DNA of 64,000 bases from an uncultured Acidobacteriota bacterium (GTDB lineage Bacteria; Acidobacteriota; Polarisedimenticolia; Polarisedimenticolales; JAIQFR01). The position numbers were made by a program, and so were the translations under genes. Below the pieces are notes generated by a model that did no database searches, had not been told where the DNA came from, and saw only the letters and a list, made by a program, of their open reading frames with translations. Shown piece after piece: positions 1 to 13,296 of this stretch. Position 1 is the first letter of the stretch; each line of letters opens with the position of its first letter. The DNA is taken from positions 1,702 to 65,701 of the forward strand of contig CALMJU010000045.1 of assembly GCA_937864465.1 (NCBI GenBank), read 5' to 3'.

Positions 1-2146
<2,146 letters not shown>

Positions 2147-2150
<4 letters not shown>

Positions 2151-3061
2151 GGAGTCTCGCACCGGGTCTCCCCGCCCGCGGCATCGAGGATCGCCGCGAC
2201 GTCCCCGGCACGGATCCGCCCGCCTCGCGCGCGAACGATCCCGAGGATTCCGAGCCGGGAGAGCGGGAAATCGTACCGCGTCGGGTCCTCCGGGTCGAGG
2301 TTCCGGAGCGCCGCGGTGACCTCGAGCGCCATGCGCCACCCCGGCGACCTCCGCCTCGTCCAGCCGAGCGCCGCTGCGATCCGCTCCATGTGCGTGTCGA
2401 GCGGCACGACGAGCCGCGACGGGGACACCCCGCTCCAGAGGCCCAGGTCGAGCCCGTCGTCGGGACGGACCATCCAGCGGAGGAAGAGGCAGTGCCGCTT
2501 GCAGGCGGACCCGTTCCTCGGGACCGGAAGGAGCAGCCGCACGCCGTCCCGCCGCGGCACGCGGCCTCCGTCGAGGAACGGCCGCGCGTCGAAGCCGAAC
2601 AGCGCGTCGCCGAACCGGTCCATCGCGGATTCGAGCGTCGGCGACGACGGATCGGCGTCCCCCTCTAGGAAGAGCGTCTCGAGCGAGGGGCCCCGCGCCG
2701 CCCGCGCCTGCGCCACGAGGTGCAGCAGGAGCGCGACGTCGCGGCCCGACGTGAACCGGTGCCGGAACCCCTCGAACCTTCGGGCGTCGGTCGCCGGCCG
2801 GTAGGCCTCCACGAACGCCCCGGGCCTCGGCCCCAGGACCCTCAGGAGCGAGTCGAGGCTCGCCCGGATCGACGAGACCCGGCCGTAGGCCAGGCCCGCG
2901 GCGAGCAGGCCGACCAGCTCGAGGTCCTCGGGCCGGTCGAAGCGCCGGACGATCCCGAGGGGATCGCTTCCGAGGTGCCGGCGATCGTAGGCGCGCGCGA
3001 AGGCATCGAGACGAGCGCGAAGCTCGTCCACCCCGAGCGCGGGCCTCCGTCCCGGACGCAT
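2147..3061 (-). CDS. TIGR02757/DUF2400 family protein (function unknown)
   Basis: ORF 2147..3061. The segments GSACKRHCLFLRWMVRPDDGLDLGLW and PLDTHM match my recollection of this conserved hypothetical family. Confidence 0.7.
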
Positions 3062-3115
3062 GCTCCCATGGTAGTGCCCCGGGCTCGGGGCGCGAGGGGG
3101 CGACCGGAAGAGACG

Positions 3116-4270
3116 CTACCGCGCGAGGAAGAGGATCGCGAGCCCGGCCAGGCCCAGGAGGGCGACAAGCAGCGCCGCCAGGGCGAGGCGCCGCCCCCGG
3201 CCGCGCCGGGGCGCCGGAGACTCGTCCGGCGCCTCGGCCCACGTCTCCGCCAAGGACACCGGCGCGACGCTCGCCGAGAGGATGCCGCGGCCCGCGGCCC
3301 TACGGAACACCTCCCGGTTGACGCGCGGCACGAGGTCGTCCCGGACCCGCCCGTAGAGCGACTTCTCGATTCGCCGGATCCGGTCCTCCGCGGGGGGATG
3401 GGCGGTCGCGATCTCGGCGGCCGAGGGGTCGCCCCGCCCGATCGCCGCGCCGAGCCGGGCGAGGAAGCGCAGCGCCGAGTACGGCTCGTAGCGGAGCGCG
3501 AGAAGCGCCTCGACGGCGCGGAGGTCCGCGTCGCGCTCCCTCTTCCTCCCGTAACCGAGCCGCACCAGGTCCAGCGCAGCGCCGGCCCAGCCCTCGCGGC
3601 CGGTCGGCGAGCCCCCCCGGGCCGCGGCTTGCTGGCCGATCCTGGTCATGCGGACGGCGGCGTCCTCCGACGCGGCGTGGGCGATCTCGTGGCCGAGCAG
3701 GAACGCGAGCTCCGCCTCGTCCTCGAGGAACTCGACGGCGCCGAGGCTGATCAGGAGCGTTCCCGACGGCAGGGCGAGCGTGCGAAGGCGCCGGTCGTCC
3801 ACGAGAACCACGCGGACGTCCCTGGGCGCCCCCTCGATCCGCAGGGCCACTTGCCGCGCGATCCGGTCGAGGTACTCCGACACCCCGGGCGACGTCACGA
3901 ATCGCCAGCGGGTCGCGAGCGCGGCGCGAATCTCGCCCTCGGTGGCCGCGGAGAGGTGCGCGTCGGGCAGCGACTCCGGAACGATCCCCTCGCGGCAGTC
4001 CGGGCACAGGTGATCGGTGTGCGGGAGGATCCGGTCGGCCGCGAACGGCAGCCCGCAGGACCCGCAGGTGAAGATCATCTCCAGGCCGGCGGCGGACCTG
4101 GCGCTCCGCGTGCCGCACCGGCTGCACCGGAAGACCGACCTCCCGCCGAGCGTGGCCGACGCCACCGGAGGGATCGCCCCCGCCGGCTCGCCGCAGCGCG
4201 GGCAGAGGTCCGCGGCCGGCGCCGCGCTCCCCGGGGGGATCGCGGACGTCAGGCCGGTCGGGCTTTCCAT
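3116..4270 (-). CDS. M48-family zinc metalloprotease with N-terminal triple zinc-ribbon region and C-terminal membrane anchor
   Basis: ATG at 4270 inside ORF 3116..4792. Cys pairs CPRCG..CSRCG, CGSCG..CPDC. HEIAH zinc motif (LLGHEIAHAASED). C-terminal hydrophobic LALAALLVALLGLAGLAILFL. The upstream 174 aa are R/G-rich shadow sequence. Confidence 0.75.
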   Translation of the reverse strand: MESPTGLTSAIPPGSAAPAADLCPRCGEPAGAIPPVASATLGGRSVFRCSRCGTRSARSAAGLEMIFTCGSCGLPFAADRILPHTDHLCPDCREGIVPESLPDAHLSAATEGEIRAALATRWRFVTSPGVSEYLDRIARQVALRIEGAPRDVRVVLVDDRRLRTLALPSGTLLISLGAVEFLEDEAELAFLLGHEIAHAASEDAAVRMTRIGQQAAARGGSPTGREGWAGAALDLVRLGYGRKRERDADLRAVEALLALRYEPYSALRFLARLGAAIGRGDPSAAEIATAHPPAEDRIRRIEKSLYGRVRDDLVPRVNREVFRRAAGRGILSASVAPVSLAETWAEAPDESPAPRRGRGRRLALAALLVALLGLAGLAILFLAR

Positions 4271-4869
4271 CGGAGCATCCCCCACGCCAGGAGCGTTCCC
4301 GCAGCGGCGCCGCCGAGAGCCGCCGCGCCCGCCGGCCAACCGGTCCATGCCGTGACGCCGAAGCCCGCGGAGCCGAATGCGGTCGCCCCGAGGGCCATGG
4401 CGGCCACGAGGCCGAGCGCGCGTCCCGCGCGCGGGCGGGTCCGGACGGGCGGCGTCCTCCTCCCGCGGACCGGGGCGGCCTTCGGCGCGTCGTCCGAGAC
4501 GACCCAGTACGTCATCGCCGGCCGCGGCCGCGAGGAGCCGGAGTCGAGCGCCGTCGCTCCCAGGCTCGGGAGCAGCGCCGGGTCGTCCATCCCGAAGGCG
4601 AGCCCCGGGGCATCCCGGCGCTCGGGGGCCGGAGCCTCGCCGCACGGTCGCGCCTCGCCCGCCGCGACCGCGATGCCCATCGCGAGGGCGGCGCCCCCGC
4701 AGACGCTCCCGCCCGGCCCGGCGGCGACCGCGGGCTCCACCCGGTAGCTCGGGCGGGCGGCGAGCGGGAACGTGACGGAGCAGCGCGAGCACGTGCCGCG
4801 TCGCGCCCCCGCCCCCTCGCTCGCCGGATGGCGGAACGGCGTGCCGCAGGATGGACAGACGACGATCAA
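4249..4869 (-). CDS. zinc-ribbon (MJ0042-like) membrane protein, function unknown
   Basis: C-terminal 206 codons of ORF 4249..6849. TTG at 4869 is preceded by GGGGG. LIVVCPSCGTPFRHP...GTCSRCSVTF zinc ribbon, then a P/A/R-rich linker, then a Gly/Ala-rich hydrophobic C-terminus (LGLVAAMALGATAFGSAGFGVTAW..GGAAAGTLLAWGML). 22-nt overlap with the M48 gene. Start is uncertain. Confidence 0.55.
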   Translation of the reverse strand: MIVVCPSCGTPFRHPASEGAGARRGTCSRCSVTFPLAARPSYRVEPAVAAGPGGSVCGGAALAMGIAVAAGEARPCGEAPAPERRDAPGLAFGMDDPALLPSLGATALDSGSSRPRPAMTYWVVSDDAPKAAPVRGRRTPPVRTRPRAGRALGLVAAMALGATAFGSAGFGVTAWTGWPAGAAALGGAAAGTLLAWGMLRWKARPA

Positions 4870-4917
4870 CGGATACCCCCGGTCCCGGCCCGGCTCGACG
4901 CCGCGGCCCGAGGGGGA

Positions 4918-4946
4918 AACGTAGGTTCCGCCCCCGCGGGGGTCAA
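4918..4946 (-). promoter_or_regulatory. sigma70-like promoter candidate for the zinc-ribbon/M48/nfo/queA/tgt transcription unit
   Basis: Minus strand reads TTGACC (4946..4941), a 17-nt spacer, then TACGTT (4923..4918), about 45 nt upstream of the TTG start at 4869. Confidence 0.4.
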
Positions 4947-4997
4947 GCTTCGAGGGGGTGGACGCGGGGAGCGGGACCGCCGGCGCGGAGAGGCGCC

Positions 4998-6185
4998 TCA
5001 GACGGTCGCGTAGGCCCTCGCGACCTCGCGCCACGCCGGGAGCGAGGCCTCGATCGCCCGATCGGACGAGGTCAGGGAGATCCGGAAGTGCCCGGAGCGC
5101 CCGAAGCCGACGCCGGGGACGATCAGGATGTTCTTCCCGAGGCAGACCTTGGCGAATTTCCGGTCGTCCGGCTCGAGCGACCTCGGAAAGAGGTAGAACG
5201 CCCCGCGCGGCTTCACGCACTCGAAGCCGAGCTCCGTGAGCGCGCCGTGCAGGACGTCGCGGCGCCTCTGGTACACGGAGGGATCGATGCAGGCGCGCAG
5301 CACGTCGCGGATCGCGAGCTGCATGAGCCCCGGCGCGTTCACGAACCCGAGCACCCGGATGGCGAACGTCATCCCGGCCACCAGCGCCTCGGCGGAGTTC
5401 GCGGCGGGATGGACCGCCACGTGCCCGATGCGCTCGCCCGCGAGGCCGAGGTCCTTGCTGTGCGAGTAGACCGCGATCGAGCTCTCGTAGTGCCGGAATA
5501 CGTGGGAATACTGCGTGCCGTCGAAGAGGATCTTCTTGTACGGATCGTCGCTGACCAGGTAGATCGCGCGGCCGAGCTTCCGGGAGCGGTCCCGCAGGAG
5601 CCCGCCCAGCCGCGCCAGCACGGCCGCGTCGTACACGACGCCCGTCGGGTTGTTCGGGGAGTTGACGAAGACCGCCTTGGTTCGCGGACCGATCGCCGCC
5701 TCGAGGCGATCGAAGTCGATGCGGAACTGGCCGTCCGTCTCGACGACCCGCAGGACGCCCCCGTGGTTGTCGATGTAGAAGGCGTACTCCGGGAAGTACG
5801 GCGCGAAGACGACGACCTCGTCCCCCGGGTCGAGCAGCGCCTTCAGGACGACGTTCAGCCCGCCTCCCGCGCCGACCGCGAGGATCACGTGCTTCCCGCC
5901 GACCTCCACGCCCGATTCCTCGCGGACCCACCGGGCGACCGCCTCCCGGACCTCGGGGTACCCCGCGTTCGGCATATAGCGGTGCATCCCCGCCCGCGGC
6001 CGGACGACCAGATCCCGGAGGCTCTCGACGAACTCGGGGGGCGGCTCGAGGTCCGGGTTCCCCAGCGTGAAGTCGTGGATGTTGCCCGCCCCGACCTGGC
6101 CGGCGAGGCGCACGCCCTCCTCGAACATCTTCCGGATCCACGAGGCCTCCTCCATTTGGCGGGCGATCTTCGAGGAGATGGGCAT
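4998..6185 (-). CDS. pyridoxal-phosphate-dependent aminotransferase (class I, aspartate/aromatic type)
   Basis: ATG at 6185 with GGAGG 6 nt upstream, inside ORF 4998..6437. NSPNNPTG, YSHSKDLGLAGERIG (PLP-lysine region) and C-terminal FRISL motifs. Confidence 0.9.
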   Translation of the reverse strand: MPISSKIARQMEEASWIRKMFEEGVRLAGQVGAGNIHDFTLGNPDLEPPPEFVESLRDLVVRPRAGMHRYMPNAGYPEVREAVARWVREESGVEVGGKHVILAVGAGGGLNVVLKALLDPGDEVVVFAPYFPEYAFYIDNHGGVLRVVETDGQFRIDFDRLEAAIGPRTKAVFVNSPNNPTGVVYDAAVLARLGGLLRDRSRKLGRAIYLVSDDPYKKILFDGTQYSHVFRHYESSIAVYSHSKDLGLAGERIGHVAVHPAANSAEALVAGMTFAIRVLGFVNAPGLMQLAIRDVLRACIDPSVYQRRRDVLHGALTELGFECVKPRGAFYLFPRSLEPDDRKFAKVCLGKNILIVPGVGFGRSGHFRISLTSSDRAIEASLPAWREVARAYATV

Positions 6186-6367
6186 GAAGGGACCTCCGCG
6201 GAAACGCAGAGCGCGGACTATAGCACGGCCCCGGACGGTGCGAAAGCGGGGCGGCGCGCGCCAACCTCCCGAAATGGAGCCTCTTACCGGCGCTATGGTA
6301 TATTTCCCGCTTCGCCGCGCGCCGCGAGGCGCACGGAAGGTGCAGGGGCCGACCAAGGAGCGCTTCG

Positions 6368-8467
6368 ATGAAGGTCTTCGACACTCCCGACATCCGCAAC
6401 GTCGCCCTGATCGGGCACGGCGATTCGGGCAAGACATCGCTCGCCTCGGCGATGCTGTTCGTCGCGGGGGCCGTGAACCGCTTCGGCCGCGTGGACGAGG
6501 GGACGACGATCACGGACTTCGACGAGGAAGAGATCGAGCGGAAGATCTCGCTGCAGACGGCGCTCGCCCACCTCGAGTGGAAGGACCGGAAGGTCAATCT
6601 CCTCGACACGCCGGGATATGCGGCGTTCGTCGCCGACGCGAAGTCCGCCCTGGCCGTCGCGGACGCGGCGCTCCTCCTCGTCGAGGGGGTCGCCGGCGTG
6701 CAGGTGATCACTGAGCGGACCTTCAAGTTCTCCCAGGAGTACGGGCTCCCGGTCGTCTTCGTGATCAACAAGCTCGACCGCGAGCGCAGCTCCTTCGACC
6801 GGACCCTCGAGGCGATCCACGAACGCTTCGGCCGCACCGCCGTCCCCATCCAGATCCCGATCGGCGAGGAGTCCGGGTTCGAGGGGATCGTGGACCTCGT
6901 GACGATGCGAGCGCACGTCTACGCGAAGGACGGGTCGGGCAAGGGCTCCGAGGGGGACACCCCCCCCGCGCTCCTCGAGCGGGCGAGAGAGCTCCGCTCG
7001 AAGCTCGTCGAGATGGTCGCCGAGAGCGACGACTCGCTCATGGAGATCTTCTTCGAGAAGGGCGACCTCGAGGACGCGAAGCTCCGCGGGGGCCTGCGCA
7101 ACGCGGTCCTGGCCAGGAAGATCTTCCCCGTCGCGTGCGCCGCCGCCGTCCAGGGGATCGGCGCGTCGAGCCTGCTCGACCTCGCGGCGGACGTCCTCCC
7201 GGCCCCCGGCGGGCGAGGGAACGCCGTCGGGACGAAGCCCGGAGAGGCGACGGAGATCTCGCGCCCCGTCGCGGCGACGGAGCCGGTGTCGGCCTTCGTC
7301 TTCAAGACGATCGCCGACCCGTACGCCGGCCGCCTGTCGCTCTTCCGCGTGTGCACCGGGACCCTGAGGGGCGACTCCCCCGTCGTCAACGTGAAGAACG
7401 GGACGGCGGAGCGCCTGGGAACCGTCTCCGTCCTCCAGGGCAAGCAGCTCGTCCCGGTGCCGGAGCTCCGGGCCGGCGACCTCGGCGTCGTGGCGAAGCT
7501 CAGGGACACGCGCACGAACGACACGCTCGCCGATCCCGCGCATCCGGTCGAGTACCCGCCGATCGCCTTCCCCGCCCCGGCGATCTCCTTCGCGCTCGAG
7601 CCGAAGTCGAAGGGGGACGAGGAGAAGATCTCCTCCGCGCTGCTGCGCCTCACGGAGGAGGACCCGGTGCTGCGGGTCGGGCGAGACTCCCAGACGCACC
7701 AGATGCTGCTGTCCGGGAGCGGACAGGTGCACGTCGAGGTCGCCGTCGCGAAGATGCGGAAGAAGTTCGGCGTGGACGCGCTGCTGCGCCAGCCGAAGGT
7801 CCCGTACCTCGAGACGATCAAGAAGAAGGTCGGGCCGGTCCAGGGCCGCCACAAGAAGCAGACGGGGGGCCGGGGCCAGTTCGGCGACTGCTGGATCGAG
7901 ATCGAGCCGCTCCCCCGCGGCGCGGGGTTCGAGTTCGCGGACAAGATCTTCGGAGGGTCGATCCCGCAGAACTTCCGGCCGGCCGTGGAGAAGGGAATCG
8001 TCGAAGCCGCCGCCCGCGGCTGGCTCGCCGGGTGCCCGGTCGTCGACTTCCGCGTGACCCTGACGGACGGCTCGTACCACACGGTGGACTCGTCGGAGCT
8101 CGCGTTCAAGATCGCCGGATCGCTCGCGTTCAAGGCCGCGATGGAGGAGGCGAGGCCCACGATCCTCGAGCCGATCTACTCCGTCGAGATCACCGCCCCC
8201 GAGGAGTACATGGGGGACATCATGGGCGATCTCTCGTCGCGCCGCGGGAAGCCCCAGGGGATGGACTCGCAGGGGCACTACCAGGTGATCCGGGCGTCCG
8301 TCCCGCTCGCCGAGATGCTGACCTACGCGTCCACGCTGAAGTCCATCACGTCGGACCGCGGCACCTACACGATGGAGTTCGACCACTACGAGGAGGTTCC
8401 GGCCCACATCCAGGAGAAGATCATCGCCGAGGCATCGAAGACCAAGCAGGAAGAGGCGGAAAGGTGA
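6368..8467 (+). CDS. fusA: elongation factor G family GTPase (not in a str-operon context, possibly an EF-G paralog)
   Basis: ORF 6368..8467 with AAGGAG upstream. [13 protein letters not shown] and NKLD G-motifs. Full five-domain length of 699 aa. Confidence 0.85.
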   Translation: MKVFDTPDIRNVALIGHGDSGKTSLASAMLFVAGAVNRFGRVDEGTTITDFDEEEIERKISLQTALAHLEWKDRKVNLLDTPGYAAFVADAKSALAVADAALLLVEGVAGVQVITERTFKFSQEYGLPVVFVINKLDRERSSFDRTLEAIHERFGRTAVPIQIPIGEESGFEGIVDLVTMRAHVYAKDGSGKGSEGDTPPALLERARELRSKLVEMVAESDDSLMEIFFEKGDLEDAKLRGGLRNAVLARKIFPVACAAAVQGIGASSLLDLAADVLPAPGGRGNAVGTKPGEATEISRPVAATEPVSAFVFKTIADPYAGRLSLFRVCTGTLRGDSPVVNVKNGTAERLGTVSVLQGKQLVPVPELRAGDLGVVAKLRDTRTNDTLADPAHPVEYPPIAFPAPAISFALEPKSKGDEEKISSALLRLTEEDPVLRVGRDSQTHQMLLSGSGQVHVEVAVAKMRKKFGVDALLRQPKVPYLETIKKKVGPVQGRHKKQTGGRGQFGDCWIEIEPLPRGAGFEFADKIFGGSIPQNFRPAVEKGIVEAAARGWLAGCPVVDFRVTLTDGSYHTVDSSELAFKIAGSLAFKAAMEEARPTILEPIYSVEITAPEEYMGDIMGDLSSRRGKPQGMDSQGHYQVIRASVPLAEMLTYASTLKSITSDRGTYTMEFDHYEEVPAHIQEKIIAEASKTKQEEAER

Positions 8468-8474
8468 GCTTCGC

Positions 8475-9803
8475 GTGGCGAGGGACTTCGTCTACGTCGA
8501 GGAGCTCGGGGAGCACGTCGGCGAGCGCGTGACCCTGAAGGGGTGGCTCAGCCGGAAGCGCTCCTCGGGAAAGGTCAAGTTCCTCGTGCTGCGGGACGGC
8601 ACGGGGCTCCTCCAGTGCGTCGCCTTCGTGCGAGACACGAGCGCCGAGCTGTTCGAGCGCTGCGACCGGATCCCCCTCGAGTCCTCGATCGCCGTCGCAG
8701 GCCGCGTCCGCCGCGACGACCGGGCCCCCGGAGGGTTCGAGCTCGGCATCGAGGACCTGCGCGTCCTCCACGAGGCGGCCGAGTTCCCGATCCAGCCGAA
8801 GGAGCACGGCGTAGAGTTCCTCTTCGACCACCGCCACCTCCACCTCCGCTCCCGGACCCCCCACGCGATCCTCCGCGTCCGCAGCGAGGTGGTCCGGGCG
8901 TGCCGCGACTTCTTCCACGAGCGGCGCTTCGTCCTGATCGACTCGCCCGTCCTGACGCCGGCGGCGTGCGAGGGCACGACGACGCTCTTCGAGACCGACT
9001 ACTTCGGAAGGAAGGCCTACCTCACGCAGTCGGGGCAGCTCTACCTCGAGCCCGCCTGCATGGCGTTCGGCCGCGTGTACTGCATGGGGCCGACCTTCCG
9101 CGCGGAGAAATCGAAGACCCGGCGCCACCTGACCGAGTTCTGGATGATCGAGCCAGAGGTGGCGTTCCTCGAGTTCCCCGGGCTCCTCGAGCTCGCCGAG
9201 GAGTTCGTCAGCTACGTCGTCGCGAGGGCCCTCGACGTCTGCCGGGAGGACCTGAAGGTTCTCGATCGCGACACGTCGAAGCTCGAATCGGTGCGGCCGC
9301 CCTTCCCGCGCCTCCCCTACGACGAGGCCGCGCGGCTCCTCACGACGCCGGAGTCCCAGGCGCGGATGGCCGCGGCGGGCGCCCCGCCTTTCGCCGCGGG
9401 GAACGACTTCGGCGCGTTCGACGAGACGCTCCTGACCGAGAGCGCCGACCGGCCGGTGATGGTGACCCACTGGCCCGCCGCGATCAAGGCGTTCTACATG
9501 CAGCCGGACGAGGCCGATCCGAGCCGCGCGCTGTGCGTCGACGTGCTCGCCCCCGAGGGGTACGGGGAGATCATCGGCGGGTCGGAGCGGATTCACGATC
9601 ACGACCTGCTGCTCGGCCGCATCCGCGAGCACGGCCTGCCGGTCGAGGCCTTCCAGTGGTACCTGGACATCCGGAAGTACGGGACGGTGCCGCATTCGGG
9701 CTTCGGGATGGGCGTCGAGCGGTGCGTGACCTGGATCTGCGGCGTGCCGCACCTCCGGGACGCGATCCCGTACCCTCGCCAGATCCACCGCCTCTACCCG
9801 TGA
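8475..9803 (+). CDS. asnS: asparagine--tRNA ligase
   Basis: ORF 8475..9803 (GTG start). N-terminal OB fold. Class II motifs FRAE and [26 protein letters not shown] is the AsnRS-type motif 3 region. Confidence 0.9.
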   Translation: MARDFVYVEELGEHVGERVTLKGWLSRKRSSGKVKFLVLRDGTGLLQCVAFVRDTSAELFERCDRIPLESSIAVAGRVRRDDRAPGGFELGIEDLRVLHEAAEFPIQPKEHGVEFLFDHRHLHLRSRTPHAILRVRSEVVRACRDFFHERRFVLIDSPVLTPAACEGTTTLFETDYFGRKAYLTQSGQLYLEPACMAFGRVYCMGPTFRAEKSKTRRHLTEFWMIEPEVAFLEFPGLLELAEEFVSYVVARALDVCREDLKVLDRDTSKLESVRPPFPRLPYDEAARLLTTPESQARMAAAGAPPFAAGNDFGAFDETLLTESADRPVMVTHWPAAIKAFYMQPDEADPSRALCVDVLAPEGYGEIIGGSERIHDHDLLLGRIREHGLPVEAFQWYLDIRKYGTVPHSGFGMGVERCVTWICGVPHLRDAIPYPRQIHRLYP

Positions 9804-11185
9804 CGAAGCCGGCGCCTCCTCCCGCGGCGTCCGTCCGCGTCGCCTTCCTGAGCCTCGGGTGCGCCAAGAACCTCGTGGACACCGAGGTGATGCTCGGCCA
9901 TCTCGACCGCGCGGGGGCGGTCCTCGTCCGGGAGCCGGCCGGCGCCGACGTCGTCGTCGTCAACACGTGCGGCTTCATCGAGGCCGCGCGCGAGGAGTCG
10001 GTGAGGACGATCCTCGAGGCCGTGGAGCTCAAGGCCTCCGGCGCGATTCGGAGGCTCGTCGTGGCGGGATGTCTCGTCCAGCGCTACGCCGCCGAGCTGC
10101 GGGAGAGCCTCCCCGAGGTGGACGCCTGGATCGGGCTCGACGAACTGTCGAGCGTCCCGGCCCGGGTCGGGATCGGGCCGGGACCGCGCGAGACCGCGGC
10201 GCCCGCCGCCGGGGGCCCGCCCGCGCCGTCGTCGTACCTCCTCGACCACGAGACACCCCGGCGCCTCGCGACCCCCCCGTGGACCGCCTTCGTCAAGGTG
10301 GCGGAAGGGTGCGACCACGTCTGCGCGTTCTGCGCGATCCCGGCGATCCGGGGGCGCTTCCGCTCCCGCCCGGTCGCGGACGTCGTGGCCGAGGTCTCGC
10401 ATCTGGCGGCGGGGGGAGTCCGCGAGATCCACCTCGTCTCGCAGGATACGAGCCGATACGGACGGGACCTCGACCGCGGCGAGCGCCTTCTCGCGCCCCT
10501 CCTCGAGGCGCTCGACGGGGTCGAGGCGCTCCGCTGGATCCGGGTGCTCTACCTCCACCCGAGCGCCGTCGGCGAGGACCTCCTCGACGCGATGGCGCGC
10601 CTGCCGCGCGTCGTCCCATACCTGGACGTCCCGCTCCAGCACGCGCATCCCGCGACGCTCCGGCGGATGGGGCGGGGAGGGTCGGCCGAGACGCACCTCG
10701 CGCTCCTGGCGCGCGCGCGCCGCGCGATCCCCGGCGCCGCGATCCGGACCGCGTTCCTCGTAGGCTTCCCGGGGGAGACCGAGGCGGAGTTCGAGGAGCT
10801 GCTGCGGTTCGTCGAGGAGGCATGGATCGACCACGCCGGGGTCTTCGCCTACTCCCACGAGGAAGGGACCCCCGCCTTCTCGGCGGCGGACGACGTCCCC
10901 GTAGAGGTGAAGGAGGAGCGCCGCGCGCGCCTCCTGGAGGCGCAGCAGCGGATCGCCTTCCGCGCCCTGGAGCGCCAGGTCGGCCGCCGGGTCGAGGTCC
11001 TGGTCGAGGGGGCGCATCCGGAGACCGACCACCTCCTCGTCGGCCGGACCGCCCTGCAGGCGCCCGACGTCGACGGCCAGGTTCTGCTGAACGACGGTGC
11101 GGCGAGGCCGGGCGAGTTCGCGCGCGTCGAGATCACGGGGACGGCGGGCTACGACCTGGTCGGGAGGATCCTCGGTGCGTCCTGA
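9800..11185 (+). CDS. rimO: ribosomal protein S12 methylthiotransferase
   Basis: GTG at 9800 (GTGA overlap with asnS stop) inside ORF 8543..11185. LGCAKN..NTCGF MTTase N-domain, radical-SAM [12 protein letters not shown]-terminal TRAM domain. Confidence 0.9.
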   Translation: MTKPAPPPAASVRVAFLSLGCAKNLVDTEVMLGHLDRAGAVLVREPAGADVVVVNTCGFIEAAREESVRTILEAVELKASGAIRRLVVAGCLVQRYAAELRESLPEVDAWIGLDELSSVPARVGIGPGPRETAAPAAGGPPAPSSYLLDHETPRRLATPPWTAFVKVAEGCDHVCAFCAIPAIRGRFRSRPVADVVAEVSHLAAGGVREIHLVSQDTSRYGRDLDRGERLLAPLLEALDGVEALRWIRVLYLHPSAVGEDLLDAMARLPRVVPYLDVPLQHAHPATLRRMGRGGSAETHLALLARARRAIPGAAIRTAFLVGFPGETEAEFEELLRFVEEAWIDHAGVFAYSHEEGTPAFSAADDVPVEVKEERRARLLEAQQRIAFRALERQVGRRVEVLVEGAHPETDHLLVGRTALQAPDVDGQVLLNDGAARPGEFARVEITGTAGYDLVGRILGAS

Positions 11186-11678
11186 CGCCGCCCCCCGGGG
11201 AGGACGCGCGCTCCGCCCGGTCCTTCTCCTCGCGACGGCCGGGGGGCTCGGCTACGCCCCGCTCGCTCCCGGAACGGTCGGATCGCTTCCAGGCGTCGCG
11301 GCCGCCTGGGCCCTCGGGGAGGCGGCCTCCGGCTGGGCGCTCGCGGCGGCGCTCGCCCTGGTCGCGGCGGCCGGAACGTGGGCCGCGGGGGTGGCCGCCC
11401 GCCACGCCGGGGAGAGCGACCCGGGGCTCGTCGTCGTCGACGAGGTCGCCGGCCAGATGATGACGCTCCTGTTCCTGCCGCCCACCCCCATGGTCCTCAC
11501 GTGCGGCTTCCTGTTGTTCCGCGTCTTCGATATCCTCAAGCCGTTCCCGGCGCGCGCCCTCGAGCGGCTTCCGGGAGGCCCGGGAATCATGGCCGACGAC
11601 CTGATGGCGGGAATCTACGGGAACCTCGTCCTCCAGGCCGCGGTCCGTCTCCTGCCCGGAGCGATGGGGCTCGCATGA
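11175..11678 (+). CDS. pgpA: phosphatidylglycerophosphatase A
   Basis: GTG at 11175 inside ORF 11097..11678, overlapping the rimO end. GLGYAPLAPGTVGS, VVDEVAGQ and FRVFDILKPFP motifs. Confidence 0.8.
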   Translation: MRPDAAPRGGRALRPVLLLATAGGLGYAPLAPGTVGSLPGVAAAWALGEAASGWALAAALALVAAAGTWAAGVAARHAGESDPGLVVVDEVAGQMMTLLFLPPTPMVLTCGFLLFRVFDILKPFPARALERLPGGPGIMADDLMAGIYGNLVLQAAVRLLPGAMGLA

Positions 11679-12616
11679 TCGTCTGGAACGGAATGGAGCG
11701 CTATCCGCGCGACGCGGCGCCGGTGGTCGCGAGCGTCGGGAACTTCGACGGGGTGCATCTCGGCCACCAGGCGATCCTCGCCTCCGTCCGCGCCGCCGCG
11801 CGCAGGCGGGGCCTCTCGTCGCTCCTCGTCACCTTCGACCCTCACCCGCTCTCCGTCGTCTCCCCCTCCCACAGGCCGAGGCTCCTCCAGACGCGCCGGC
11901 AGAAGCTCGACGCCCTGGAGGACACGGGCGTGGACGGGGTCCTCATCCTGGAGTTCGACGCCGAGATGGCCGCCCTGGGGGCGGAAGAGTTCTTCCGCGC
12001 CTACCTGTCGGGACGCCTCCGGGCCTCGGCGATCCACATCGGGGAGAGCTTCCGCTTCGGCCGCGGCCGCGCGGGGAACGTGGACCTGCTCTGCCGCCTG
12101 GGCGCCGAGAGCGGAGTCGAGATCGTGGGGGTCCAGCAGGTCGTGGCCGGCGGGGAGCCGGTGTCCTCGTCCGCCATCCGGCAGGCCGTCGAGGACGGCG
12201 AGGTGGAGCGGGCGCGCCGCATGCTCGGCCGCCCCTTCGCGCTCACCGGCGAGGTCGTCCGCGGCGAGGGAAGGGGGCGATCGTTCGACTTCCCGACCGC
12301 GAACCTCGACGCGGAGAACGAGATGATCCCCCGCCGGGGGGTCTACGTGACGGAATCCCTGACCCTCTCCTCGCGGCACCCTTCCGTGACGAACGTGGGG
12401 ATGCGCCCGACCTTCGGGGGGGACCGGCTCGTAGTCGAGTCGCACCTGATCGACTTCGACGACGACCTGACCGGAGCGCGCATCGAGGTCCGCTTCCTCG
12501 CCCGGCTCCGGGACGAGAAGCGCTTCTCCGATTCCGTCGAGCTCGCCGACCAGATCGCGAGGGATCGCGCGGCGGCCACCGTCTTCTTCGCGGCCGGGGG
12601 GTTCTCCGCGCCATGA
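11675..12616 (+). CDS. ribF: bifunctional riboflavin kinase / FMN adenylyltransferase
   Basis: ATG at 11675 (ATGA overlap) inside ORF 11378..12616. GNFDGVHLGHQ, FDPHP, GRSFDFPTANL and GMRPTF motifs. Confidence 0.9.
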   Translation: MIVWNGMERYPRDAAPVVASVGNFDGVHLGHQAILASVRAAARRRGLSSLLVTFDPHPLSVVSPSHRPRLLQTRRQKLDALEDTGVDGVLILEFDAEMAALGAEEFFRAYLSGRLRASAIHIGESFRFGRGRAGNVDLLCRLGAESGVEIVGVQQVVAGGEPVSSSAIRQAVEDGEVERARRMLGRPFALTGEVVRGEGRGRSFDFPTANLDAENEMIPRRGVYVTESLTLSSRHPSVTNVGMRPTFGGDRLVVESHLIDFDDDLTGARIEVRFLARLRDEKRFSDSVELADQIARDRAAATVFFAAGGFSAP

Positions 12617-13296
12617 GCGGCGCCCGCCCCCCGGGAGACGGGACGTTCCTCACCTTCGAGGGGATCGAGGGGTCGGGCAAGTCCACGCAGATCCGGCTCC
12701 TGGCGAGGCGCCTCGAGGCGGCGGGGATCGCCGCCCTCGTGACGCGGGAGCCGGGAGGAACCGCGCTCGGCGAGCGGCTCCGCGCCGCGCTCCTCGAGCC
12801 GGGTGCGGCGGCGCCTTCCCCTCTCGTCGAGCTCCTCCTCTACACCGCCGACCGGGCGCAGCACCTGGCGGAGGTCGTCGAGCCGGCTCTCGCCGCCGGG
12901 CGGGTCGTCCTCTGCGACCGCTACCTCGACGCGACGCTCGCCTACCAGGGCGCCGCCCGGGGCCTCGGCCTCGAAGCGGTCGAGCGCCTCCACCGCGACC
13001 CGCCGCTCGACCGGCGGCCGCTGCGCACCGTCCTCCTCGACGCGGACCCGCGCGAGGGCCTCGCCCGGGCCCGGGAGCGGAACCGGCGCCTCGGCACGGA
13101 GCGCTCCGAGGGGAGGTTCGAGGAGGAGGGCCTCGCGTTCCACGAGTCCGTGCGCCGTGCGTATCTCGCCCTCGCCGCGGCGGATCCGAAGCGGTTCCGT
13201 GTCGTGGACGGGAGCGGGACCGAGGAGGACATCGAGGCCCGCGTGCGCCTCGCCCTCGCCGATCTCTTCCCCTTCCTCGCGGTGCCCCGGCCGTGA
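12613..13296 (+). CDS. tmk: dTMP (thymidylate) kinase
   Basis: ORF 12613..13296 with ATGA overlap. FLTFEGIEGSGKSTQ P-loop, TREPGGT and DRY motifs. Confidence 0.9.
   Translation: MSGARPPGDGTFLTFEGIEGSGKSTQIRLLARRLEAAGIAALVTREPGGTALGERLRAALLEPGAAAPSPLVELLLYTADRAQHLAEVVEPALAAGRVVLCDRYLDATLAYQGAARGLGLEAVERLHRDPPLDRRPLRTVLLDADPREGLARARERNRRLGTERSEGRFEEEGLAFHESVRRAYLALAAADPKRFRVVDGSGTEEDIEARVRLALADLFPFLAVPRP

Noticed and set aside
6293-8407. 704-aa minus-strand ORF covering the whole EF-G gene
   Set aside because: Antisense shadow ORF typical of high-GC DNA. The translation is R/G/D/L-rich with no family signature, while the plus-strand frame encodes an unmistakable EF-G.
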